Shown here: piece by piece, positions 1 through 5,703 of the stretch
Position numbering within the stretch: position 1 is the first letter of the stretch
Layout of the letters: each line of letters starts with the position of its first letter
Virus record (IMG/VR): IMGVR_UViG_2684622669_000003
Coordinates: 1 to 6,089 of that record
Direction: 5' to 3' (one strand)
DNA from: a virus
Lineage: Duplodnaviria > Heunggongvirae > Uroviricota > Caudoviricetes
DNA length: 6,089 nucleotides
Notes under the pieces: model-generated
Databases searched by the model: none
Told to the model about the DNA's origin: nothing
What the model saw: only the letters and a program-made list of their open reading frames with translations
Position numbers and translations under genes: made by a program

Positions 1-121
1 AATAACGGTCAAACATCGTGGCGTTGACAACGCACCAGTTGATTCATGCCCTCCGGGCTGAAGATTGCCGCAGCAGTACCTACAGTTGCGCCTGGTTGTG
101 ATGTGATTGCGATATCATTGC

Positions 122-943
122 TCATACGTACATATCCTGTTTACGTGCCCAGTCAGGGCGTTTAATAATTTCCACTCCGCCCCACTCATCGTTGATGCGG
201 CATTCGTGATAGGTATTCAGATCCCGGCGGAACAGAGCGTGCCCGGCATCGACATCCGGCGCATCCAGCTCGAACACGCGTACCGGATACCGACCACAAT
301 CAATGCTTTCGCTCACGGCAAGAAAGAAAAAACCATGCGGCTGACCAGTAACCCTCATTGCGCCTTCGCGGTACATTGCGTCCTGCACGTGGTAGCGGAA
401 TTCCTCGATGTGGCGTGCAAAACGGTCCATATCTGCAACCTTTTTCACGTCGACGATCACGTTGTGCTCGTTCAGCCATTTGTCTGGACGAATTCGGCAC
501 AACTCACCCGTCTCTTCATCGTTCCAGTACATTGATGCTTCGCAGTAACCAGGTGCTTCCAACATCCAGCGTGCCGCCGGATGAGCCATTGCGCTATCAC
601 GCATCAGCTCCAGTTTTCGCCACTGCTCGACATCAAGTACCGTAACACCCATATCCGCCACATCACGAAGAAATGCTTCTTCGTCAGCTTTACCTTGTTT
701 TGTCCGACGATCGAATTTCGGTGAAACGATGAAGCGTTTGTCGAATTCTCCAGGTTCCAGAAGCAGGCAGTGCAATGCGGTTCCCATATCCAGTGCAGAC
801 TTTTTCTCTTCGTCTTCTGGTGCTGCCTGAACCCATTTAAGAAGCGCCGGATTCTTGGCAACCATGTCCAGTTGCGACTTACTCACGCCGTCACCTGCGT
901 GGTAGTCTTCGTTGCTGATGTCGAAATAAATTCCCGGTTTCAT
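122..943 (-). CDS. RecE-like exodeoxyribonuclease VIII family (PD-(D/E)xK) nuclease, 273 aa
   Basis: Complete ORF in the track. RBS GAGGG 7 nt upstream of the ATG at 943; the start overlaps the stop of the upstream ORF as ATGA. N-terminus MKPGIYFDISNEDYH and a PD...(D/E)xK-like motif (RIRPD ... IVDVKK) match my recollection of phage RecE-type exonuclease domains; family assignment is from memory, not a search. Confidence 0.7.
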   Translation of the reverse strand: MKPGIYFDISNEDYHAGDGVSKSQLDMVAKNPALLKWVQAAPEDEEKKSALDMGTALHCLLLEPGEFDKRFIVSPKFDRRTKQGKADEEAFLRDVADMGVTVLDVEQWRKLELMRDSAMAHPAARWMLEAPGYCEASMYWNDEETGELCRIRPDKWLNEHNVIVDVKKVADMDRFARHIEEFRYHVQDAMYREGAMRVTGQPHGFFFLAVSESIDCGRYPVRVFELDAPDVDAGHALFRRDLNTYHECRINDEWGGVEIIKRPDWARKQDMYV

Positions 944-1239
944 GCCGCGTCCCTCTGCCCATCAAGCTGATCCGCCAGATCCCAGCGCGCTATAATTGCC
1001 ATTGCCTCGCGCCGGTAGGCATCCATCAGTTCTTCGAACTCAGGGCTGTCTTTAGCAGCCTCCAGCACTTCCTGACGAACGCCTTTGCCTGTTACAACGT
1101 CGAAAGTTGAGGACAGTTGATGAAGTCGGATGCTCTCAATCAGTTCAACTTGTCGGTCATATAGCTGTTCTGACAGGCGGTAGTCCTTGTCGAATGCCAG
1201 CATGATTTTTTGAAGATTTTTCTGCTGATTAACGTTCAT
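940..1239 (-). CDS. hypothetical early-left protein, 99 aa (function unknown; position suggests an accessory or host-interaction gene upstream of the exonuclease)
   Basis: ORF in the track is 940..1254; I prefer the internal ATG at 1239 because GGGAGGG sits 7 nt upstream and the upstream small ORF stops just before it (TGATAATG). Its stop overlaps the exonuclease start (ATGA), implying translational coupling. No family recognised. Confidence 0.6.
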   Translation of the reverse strand: MNVNQQKNLQKIMLAFDKDYRLSEQLYDRQVELIESIRLHQLSSTFDVVTGKGVRQEVLEAAKDSPEFEELMDAYRREAMAIIARWDLADQLDGQRDAA

Positions 1240-1241
1240 TA

Positions 1242-1394
1242 TCAGCCCTCCCATATCTCGTTATCGTTGGCCACATCGCGAGCTTCTTTGCTGACGAAAG
1301 CCCACTTAATACCTTCCTGTAAGGTGCGGAACTTCCAGCTCATGAATCCGCATGCAGTAACGCAGTACCAACCGTTGATGATTTTCCACTGCAT
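1242..1394 (-). CDS. small hypothetical protein, 50 aa (MQWKIINGWYCVTACGFMSWKFRTLQEGIKWAFVSKEARDVANDNEIWEG); first ORF of the leftward operon
   Basis: Absent from the ORF track (too short) but read manually on the minus strand: ATG at 1394, TGA at 1242-1244 immediately before the next ORF start. Weak AAGG RBS. Lies directly downstream of the putative leftward promoter. Aromatic and hydrophobic N-terminal half. Could be a Kil-like small protein by position only. Confidence 0.35.
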   Translation of the reverse strand: MQWKIINGWYCVTACGFMSWKFRTLQEGIKWAFVSKEARDVANDNEIWEG

Positions 1395-1413
1395 AACTTG
1401 TTACCTTGGTTTG

Positions 1414-1428
1414 TTACCGTTGAGGTAA
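1414..1428. promoter_or_regulatory. operator palindrome TTACC-GTTGA-GGTAA (leftward operator site 1)
   Basis: Perfect inverted repeat TTACC-N5-GGTAA overlapping the -10 and start region of the putative leftward promoter; member of a six-copy motif family confined to intergenic DNA. Confidence 0.55.
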
Positions 1429-1456
1429 TGATTATGCGTATTTGGTTTGATGTCAA
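1428..1456 (-). promoter_or_regulatory. putative leftward early promoter (pL-like): -35 TTGACA, 17-bp spacer, -10 AATCAT, read on the minus strand
   Basis: Minus-strand TTGACA (plus 1451-1456) and AATCAT (plus 1428-1433) with 17-bp spacing, about 30 bp upstream of the ATG at 1394; flanked by two operator palindromes. Confidence 0.4.
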
Positions 1457-1475
1457 TAGATATGAGTTAAAAAAA

Positions 1476-1490
1476 TTACCCGATAGGTAA
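1476..1490. promoter_or_regulatory. operator palindrome TTACC-CGATA-GGTAA (leftward operator site 2)
   Basis: Perfect TTACC-N5-GGTAA inverted repeat with an a/t flank extending it to 17 bp, located upstream of the -35 of the pL-like promoter. Confidence 0.55.
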
Positions 1491-1498
1491 TCAAATAG

Positions 1499-1526
1499 GC
1501 AATAAAAAAGCCGCCAGAAGGCGGCT
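1499..1526 (-). terminator. rho-independent terminator downstream of the repressor gene (minus strand)
   Basis: GC-rich hairpin AGCCGCC-AGAA-GGCGGCT (1509-1526) followed on the minus strand by TTTTTTATT; sits 22 bp after the repressor stop at 1548. Confidence 0.6.
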
Positions 1527-1547
1527 TACTTACTGAAAAATATGATT

Positions 1548-2132
1548 TTATTGTTTGTTTTTTTCGTTCTGGTTGATGACAAATTCAATGTAACTTTCGA
1601 TCTTTGCTTTCTCGGTTTCGGGTAACAAAGCGTAGCGCGAGCGGTCATAGTTGATAGTCGCAGGGTCGTGTGGGTGAATCAGTAGTTCATATCCGTGACG
1701 CCCGAATGCTGATGCAACATTCTCCAGGGTGGAAATGGAAACGCTGACCTCATTGTTTAACAGGCGGCTGATTGTCACCTGGGCGACGCCGGATGCGCGG
1801 TGAAGTTTTCCCTGCGTTGAAAGGTCGCGGCTTTCGCTCATCCAGCGTTCCAGGTTGTGAGCCGCCAGCTGACCAATGTCGCTTGGTCCGACAGGTTGAA
1901 AACCTTCCTGAGAAAGCGAGCGATCGATATCAAGCCAGTTACGGGGTTTATTGGCGGCAGCTTCAATTTTTCGCGCAACCTGGTCGCCGATAACCTTCTT
2001 GCCAAGAGCCCAGCGGTTTACCAGATTTGCCTGAGTTCCAAGTTTTTCTGCCATCCGCGTCTGAACACCATTGAATTCACGGTCGATCAAGTCGTTGAGA
2101 TTTTGCCTGCGGACGTCCTGGATACTTTTCAT
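1548..2132 (-). CDS. prophage immunity repressor candidate, 194 aa, two tandem Cro/C1-type HTH domains, no recognisable S24 peptidase/autocleavage domain
   Basis: Complete ORF in the track. Two segments with the classic HTH pattern (TRMAEKLGTQANLVNRWALGKK and ASGVAQVTISRLLNNEVSVSISTLENVASAFG). Divergently oriented to a cro-like gene with operator palindromes between them; followed by a terminator. The C-terminus lacks the Ser/Lys dyad context typical of LexA/CI-like cleavable repressors, as judged by eye. Confidence 0.7.
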   Translation of the reverse strand: MKSIQDVRRQNLNDLIDREFNGVQTRMAEKLGTQANLVNRWALGKKVIGDQVARKIEAAANKPRNWLDIDRSLSQEGFQPVGPSDIGQLAAHNLERWMSESRDLSTQGKLHRASGVAQVTISRLLNNEVSVSISTLENVASAFGRHGYELLIHPHDPATINYDRSRYALLPETEKAKIESYIEFVINQNEKNKQ

Positions 2133-2187
2133 TTTCTGGAAAATCGCCTCATATATGAATCAGTAGATGATTCAATTTAAAGCAATA

Positions 2188-2202
2188 TTACCCAACAGGT
2201 AA
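2188..2202. promoter_or_regulatory. operator palindrome TTACC-CAACA-GGTAA (rightward/divergent operator site 1), followed by a degenerate copy at 2205-2219 (gcACC-ACATA-GGTaa)
   Basis: Perfect TTACC-N5-GGTAA in the repressor/cro intergenic region; the adjacent degenerate site keeps the ACC-N5-GGT core. Confidence 0.55.
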
Positions 2203-2225
2203 ATGCACCACATAGGTAACTATCC

Positions 2226-2254
2226 TTGATTTTTGTTACCTTATGGGTGAATAT
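2226..2254 (+). promoter_or_regulatory. putative rightward early promoter (pR-like): -35 TTGATT, 17-bp spacer, weak -10 GAATAT (exact -10 uncertain)
   Basis: TTGATT at 2226-2231; AT-rich -10 candidates at 2249-2260; about 30 bp upstream of the cro-like start at 2287; an operator palindrome occupies the spacer. Confidence 0.4.
2236..2250. promoter_or_regulatory. operator palindrome TTACC-TTATG-GGTGA (rightward operator site, one mismatch)
   Basis: Imperfect member of the TTACC-N5-GGTAA family, between the -35 and -10 of the pR-like promoter. Confidence 0.5.
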
Positions 2255-2286
2255 TTATTATCTGAAATAAATATCAGGCAATAGCT

Positions 2287-2517
2287 ATGAGCGATAACGG
2301 ACATTTCGATTTCAAAAAGCACTGGCTTGCACTTACTCCAGATGAGCGTGAAGCCTTCGCACAGGAAGCCGGAACGACGAGTCACTATATCCAGACTCAC
2401 TTAACAGGTAAGCGCAAAATGCCAGGTAAGGTATTGATGAATGGGCTTTTTAAAGCCTGTAAAACAAGACAATGGCTGCGCTCAAAAGCAGAACTGGCAT
2501 ACTTCTTCTACTCATGA
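2287..2517 (+). CDS. Cro-like small HTH regulator, 76 aa
   Basis: Complete ORF in the track, divergent from the repressor and first gene of the rightward operon. Putative HTH (EAFAQEAGTTSHYIQTHLTGKRK). Followed by a strong terminator. Assignment is by position and size; sequence similarity to lambda or P22 Cro is not evident from memory. Confidence 0.6.
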   Translation: MSDNGHFDFKKHWLALTPDEREAFAQEAGTTSHYIQTHLTGKRKMPGKVLMNGLFKACKTRQWLRSKAELAYFFYS

Positions 2518-2539
2518 TATCCAGCCACAACCCTCTGTA

Positions 2540-2561
2540 GACCGCCACTCGGCGGTCTTTT
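2540..2561 (+). terminator. rho-independent terminator after the cro-like gene (tR1-like position)
   Basis: Hairpin GACCGCC-ACTC-GGCGGTC followed by TTTT, 23 bp after the stop at 2517. A weaker AT-rich hairpin (AACCA-AATC-TGGTT) and a T9 run follow at 2593-2619. Confidence 0.6.
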
Positions 2562-2668
2562 CATATCTATTCGCACCTCAAAGGTAATAAAAAACCAAAT
2601 CTGGTTGATCTTTTTTTTTGTGTCAGCACAAAATAACCGTAATCCCAATACTAATAACGGGGCTTACC

Positions 2669-2869
2669 ATGGAAATCATTACACGTATTGATGCCGCAAA
2701 GCGCGGACTTAAACGCTACTACACCGGAAAACCATGTAAGCACGGACATGACAGTGAACGCTGGGTTTACAACGGACACTGTGTTGAGTGCACCATGGAA
2801 TCAAACCGTCGCATCAGGGCAGAGATTAAGCAGATCATGATTAATTCCTCCCCACAACATTCAAGCTGA
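2669..2869 (+). CDS. small zinc-finger-like protein, 66 aa (CxHxH ... CxxC), in the cII position
   Basis: Track ORF 2618..2869 begins at a TTG immediately after a T9 run with no RBS; I prefer the ATG at 2669, with GGGG 6 nt upstream. Motif KPCKHGHDSERWVYNGHCVEC suggests metal binding. No family confidently recognised. Confidence 0.5.
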   Translation: MEIITRIDAAKRGLKRYYTGKPCKHGHDSERWVYNGHCVECTMESNRRIRAEIKQIMINSSPQHSS

Positions 2870-2884
2870 TAGCGGAGATTAATC

Positions 2885-3736
2885 ATGAGCAGACATGCAA
2901 CAGATTGGGCCTGGGAGACAGATCCGGGTAGCTCGTCATTAAAGCTCATACTGCTCTCGATGGCTGACAGAGCCGATGAATATAACCTCTGCTACCCCAG
3001 CATAGAACGCCTCGTTAAAGACACTTGCCTGAATAAAAAAACCGTACAGGCCGGGCTTATATCGCTCATGAAAATGGGGCTTATTTCAGATACCGGAGAG
3101 AGAAAGGGAGCGACGAAAAGAGTGCGGGTTTTCTCTCTTAATATAACCAAAAACGGGAACATTAAAGGCAACCGGGAAGGGAGCAATGAACCCGAAAACG
3201 GTAATGTTCCCGAAAACGGTAATGTTCCCGAAAACGGTAATGTTCCCGAAAACGGGAATATACCCAAAAACGGGATGTTGAATGATCCCAAAAACGGGAT
3301 GTTGAATGATCCCAAAAACGGGATCCAGAACCAGTCATATAACCAGTCATTTAACCAAGAGAGGGAGAGCAGGACAAAAGCCGGGGATTCTGTGCCTCAT
3401 GACCCCGGCGCAAACAACGCCGTGATGAATAACTTTGTTCCTCCTGGTGGGCCAGGGCAATTAGGCAAATTTGTCATGCATGAACAATGGCAGCCATCAG
3501 ATGACTTTCTTCGGAAAAGCTCATTGCAGGGGATCTACCTGGACAGTCTGCCAACGGCACAGGAACTTGCAGAGTTCAGAATTTACTGGATGGCTGAGGG
3601 TAAGGCATACCATCAGGCACAGTGGGAGCAGAAGCTGGCAAGGCGGCTGCAGATTAGCAGACAGAAGCAATCAACATTACCTGATAACAACGTTCCGCAC
3701 TGGAACAGCCCTGAAGCATGGGAGGATTTCTTGTGA
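2885..3736 (+). CDS. phage replication initiation protein (functional analogue of lambda O): N-terminal HTH DNA-binding domain, repeat-encoded linker, C-terminal domain resembling DnaT-like replication proteins
   Basis: Complete ORF in the track. GGAG RBS 7 nt upstream of the ATG. N-terminal region (LKLILLSMADRADEYNLCYPSIERLVKDTCLNKKTVQAGLISLMKMGLIS) fits the winged-HTH pattern of phage replication initiators. Linker is encoded by tandem DNA repeats (NGNVPE x4, NGMLNDPK x2). Stop overlaps the start of the P-like gene. Domain naming is from recollection. Confidence 0.7.
   Translation: MSRHATDWAWETDPGSSSLKLILLSMADRADEYNLCYPSIERLVKDTCLNKKTVQAGLISLMKMGLISDTGERKGATKRVRVFSLNITKNGNIKGNREGSNEPENGNVPENGNVPENGNVPENGNIPKNGMLNDPKNGMLNDPKNGIQNQSYNQSFNQERESRTKAGDSVPHDPGANNAVMNNFVPPGGPGQLGKFVMHEQWQPSDDFLRKSSLQGIYLDSLPTAQELAEFRIYWMAEGKAYHQAQWEQKLARRLQISRQKQSTLPDNNVPHWNSPEAWEDFL
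3191..3324. repeat. iteron-like direct repeat array: 7 units with core CCC(G/A)AAAACGG, spaced 18,18,18,18,24,24 bp; followed by a 12-bp direct repeat pair CCAGTCAT(A/T)TAA at 3331-3354
   Basis: Seen directly: cccgaaaacggtaatgtt x3, cccgaaaacgggaatata, cccaaaaacgggatgttgaatgat x2, cccaaaaacgggat. Located in the linker-coding part of the initiator gene, the arrangement known for ori-lambda inside gene O. Confidence 0.65.
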
Positions 3737-4518
3737 ACAACGTTTTTACCGCGATACAAAACCGTGACGGAGAAGCCCTTTCTCGCATGTCAGGTTATGA
3801 GCATCAGTACACTAACAATGACAACGTGGTGAACATGTCAGCAGAGAGGCTTGTTGATGCCCTTTTCAAACAGTTGAAACAACTGTTTCCGGCGGCAGTG
3901 GTAACCAACCTGAAGACGCCAGAGCAGGAAGTTGCTGCAAAACAGCAGTGGATTGCTGCGTTTGCCGAAGGGGGGATCCGAACCCGTGAACAGGTTTCTG
4001 CTGGTATGCGCCACGCCCGCGCCAGTGAATCTCCGTTCTGGCCGTCGCCAGGGCAATTCATCAAGTGGTGTAAAGACAGCAAGATGGTTCTTGGCGTCAC
4101 CATTGACGATGTGATGGCGGAGTTTCACCGGTACAGCAAGGAAAAAAGTTTATATCCTGGTGGTCCCGAAAGATTCCCGTGGCGGCATCCGGTTATGTAC
4201 TGGGTCGTATGTGATACCCGCCGTGCAATGTATCAGCGCCAGCTTAGCGAGATTGAGGTTGAGAAACACGCGCGCAGGCTGCTCGATGATTGGGCGAAAA
4301 AGGTGGCTTCCGGACAGCAGATACCCGAGCCGGTGATCAGCATACAGGCAAAGCCAGAGCCCATGAGTACACCTCCGGACACAGGGAGAGACGTTTACCA
4401 TCCATCAGGGCGAAGTTTCGGGTGCATGCCTAACGCCGCCACCCTTGGGGGAATAACACCAGCGCAGTGGCTGATGGAGGAATACAGGCGGGGAAAGGCG
4501 GCAGGATTTATCAAGTAA
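3733..4518 (+). CDS. P: lambda P-like replication protein (DnaB helicase loader)
   Basis: Translation aligns by eye with recalled lambda P (FPA...EQV.AGMR.AR....PF.PSPGQF..WC, YP....PW....YW, IPEPV). Start chosen at GTG 3733 (GGAGG 7 nt upstream, GTGA overlap with the initiator stop, as in lambda O/P); an alternative ATG at 3718 gives the track ORF 3718..4518. Confidence 0.8.
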   Translation: MNNVFTAIQNRDGEALSRMSGYEHQYTNNDNVVNMSAERLVDALFKQLKQLFPAAVVTNLKTPEQEVAAKQQWIAAFAEGGIRTREQVSAGMRHARASESPFWPSPGQFIKWCKDSKMVLGVTIDDVMAEFHRYSKEKSLYPGGPERFPWRHPVMYWVVCDTRRAMYQRQLSEIEVEKHARRLLDDWAKKVASGQQIPEPVISIQAKPEPMSTPPDTGRDVYHPSGRSFGCMPNAATLGGITPAQWLMEEYRRGKAAGFIK

Positions 4519-4523
4519 TACCA

Positions 4524-4543
4524 GCGCGATAGCGCATTTTTTT
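4524..4543 (+). terminator. possible weak terminator after the P-like gene (short GC stem GCGC-GATA-GCGC followed by T7)
   Basis: Only a 4-5 bp stem, but all GC and followed by seven T residues; 6 bp after the P-like stop. Confidence 0.25.
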
Positions 4544-4555
4544 ACGCCTCGATAA

Positions 4556-4570
4556 TTACCTAATGGGTAA
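4556..4570. promoter_or_regulatory. operator palindrome TTACC-TAATG-GGTAA (third locus, site 1)
   Basis: Perfect TTACC-N5-GGTAA with A/T flanks, upstream of the -35 of the promoter preceding the ORF at 4636. Confidence 0.5.
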
Positions 4571-4589
4571 CAAAATATTCTAAATTCTA

Positions 4590-4618
4590 TTGATTTCATG
4601 TCTTATGTGGTTTTTAAT
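4590..4618 (+). promoter_or_regulatory. putative sigma70 promoter: -35 TTGATT, 17-bp spacer, -10 TTTAAT, driving the post-replication gene block
   Basis: TTGATT at 4590-4595 and TTTAAT at 4613-4618, about 18 bp upstream of the ATG at 4636; same -35 hexamer as the pR-like promoter. Confidence 0.45.
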
Positions 4619-4632
4619 TACCTAGGAGGTAA
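4618..4632. promoter_or_regulatory. operator palindrome TTACC-TAGGA-GGTAA (third locus, site 2) overlapping the -10, transcription start and RBS
   Basis: Perfect TTACC-N5-GGTAA; the GGAGG RBS of the ORF at 4636 lies inside the palindrome. Confidence 0.5.
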
Positions 4633-4635
4633 ATC

Positions 4636-4980
4636 ATGAGAAAACAGATACAGGCTCTTGGTCGACTCAAAACAGGCCAGATGAACAAAACAGAATCTGC
4701 GTATTGCCAGCACCTTGAGCTGCGTAAACGTGCAGGAGAAATCGTCTGGTATCGATTTGAGGGTATCAAGCTGCGGTTAGCTGACAACACGTTCTATACG
4801 CCCGATTTTGCTGTGATGCTCGCCACCGGCGAGATGGAACTGCACGAAGTGAAAGGTTTCTGGACCGACGACGCCAGGGTGAAAACCAAAGTCGCCGCAG
4901 ATCAGTATCCGTTCCGAATCATCGGGGTAACGGTTAAACCAAAGAAAGCAGGTGGTGGCTGGAGCATCGAAGAGTTCTGA
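4636..4980 (+). CDS. DUF1064-like small phage protein with PD-(D/E)xK nuclease-fold signature, 114 aa
   Basis: Complete ORF in the track with a strong RBS (AGGAGG). Motif YTPDF ... ELHEVKG fits a PD-x(n)-(D/E)xK catalytic core; the DUF1064 label is from recollection of similar prophage ORFs. Confidence 0.6.
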   Translation: MRKQIQALGRLKTGQMNKTESAYCQHLELRKRAGEIVWYRFEGIKLRLADNTFYTPDFAVMLATGEMELHEVKGFWTDDARVKTKVAADQYPFRIIGVTVKPKKAGGGWSIEEF

Positions 4981-5041
4981 ATCGACGATCTTTTTAGTTA
5001 TCAATGTAATCAATAAGTTATGTGGATAAGCGAGGGTAAAG

Positions 5042-5605
5042 ATGGAAAGTAATATCAAAGGGTTAGTTGCCGCCGGGCATGAGATAGCTTCGGAACTGAA
5101 AGCAGAATGTTGTGCCGTTGATATGCGCAGTGTGGCAAAGCTGATCAGCGATTTGGCAACGCAACTGGAATTGCAACTGGTGCGTGCTAATGCGCTGGCC
5201 GAAGACCAGCAGAAAGCGATTGAGTCAATTAAGCAGGCTGATGCAGCTGTTAAGTTGGCACACGAGAAGTTTTCGGCGCTGGCGGCGGAGAATGCGGGGC
5301 TGAAGTCTGGCGCTATGGACGAAATCAAGGTTATCAACCGTGGAGGGCAGGCATATTGCGTAAAAGATGGAGTGCAAGTTAATCCCATGTATGCAAGAGG
5401 GTGGAATGACTATCGCGCAAAGTTTCTGCAATCAGACACCCCAGCTACCGATGCTTTTCTGGCTGAAATTCGTGCAGAAGCACGCAACGAGGGGATTAAC
5501 TATACCGCCAGCCGTCTTGCTGCTGCTTTCAACCACGGATTTATCAATAAGTCTTTGCGTGAAGTTTTCGACGTTACACGCATGATTCTGTCAGCGAAAG
5601 AATAG
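5042..5605 (+). CDS. hypothetical phage protein, 187 aa, alanine/glutamate-rich and predicted helical N-terminal half; ends at a TAG followed by 33 in-frame sense codons
   Basis: Complete ORF in the track; GAGGG RBS 5 nt upstream of the ATG. No family recognised. Confidence 0.65.
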   Translation: MESNIKGLVAAGHEIASELKAECCAVDMRSVAKLISDLATQLELQLVRANALAEDQQKAIESIKQADAAVKLAHEKFSALAAENAGLKSGAMDEIKVINRGGQAYCVKDGVQVNPMYARGWNDYRAKFLQSDTPATDAFLAEIRAEARNEGINYTASRLAAAFNHGFINKSLREVFDVTRMILSAKE

Positions 5606-5703
5606 TTGGCTAATGAACTGCACCCGATTGATGGCCTGTCCGGTGAATATGCGGAGAAATCCCTTGAAGAATGGGCGGAACAGATTCGCAAAGGAGGCAA
5701 CCA

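Noticed and set aside
1-121. Possible gene start downstream of the exonuclease on the minus strand
   Set aside because: All three minus-strand frames either hit a stop within 12 codons or lack any start codon with an RBS; treated as intergenic.
107-535. 142-aa plus-strand ORF
   Set aside because: Lies entirely antisense to the well-supported exonuclease gene (122..943, minus), has no RBS and reads as low-complexity; an antisense artefact.
1395-2286. LexA (SOS) box CTGT-N8-ACAG in the control regions
   Set aside because: None found by eye; the nearest candidate (CTGTAGACCGCCACTC at 2535) lacks the ACAG half and is part of the terminator hairpin.
2618-2668. Upstream TTG start extending the cII-position ORF to 83 aa
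   Set aside because: The TTG directly follows a T9 run with no RBS, and the added residues are hydrophobic filler; the ATG at 2669 with an upstream G-rich RBS is more plausible.
3191-3324. Possible CRISPR array
   Set aside because: Repeat units are contiguous 18-24 bp direct repeats with no unique spacers and sit inside a coding gene; this is an iteron arrangement, not CRISPR.
2992-3350. Minus-strand ORFs (107 aa and 62 aa) with striking peptide repeats
   Set aside because: The repeats are just the iteron DNA repeats read in other frames on the opposite strand; they overlap the replication initiator gene.
3804-4128. Minus-strand ORFs of 99 and 96 aa
   Set aside because: Embedded antisense within the P-like gene, whose homology to lambda P is clear.
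3440-4165. Chi-like sequences (CCTGGTGG at about 3443 and 4157; GGTGGTGG at about 4949)
   Set aside because: None is an exact GCTGGTGG octamer.
4777-5388. 203-aa minus-strand ORF
   Set aside because: Antisense to two plus-strand genes that have good RBSs; Ser/Ala/Cys-rich low-complexity translation typical of a shadow ORF.
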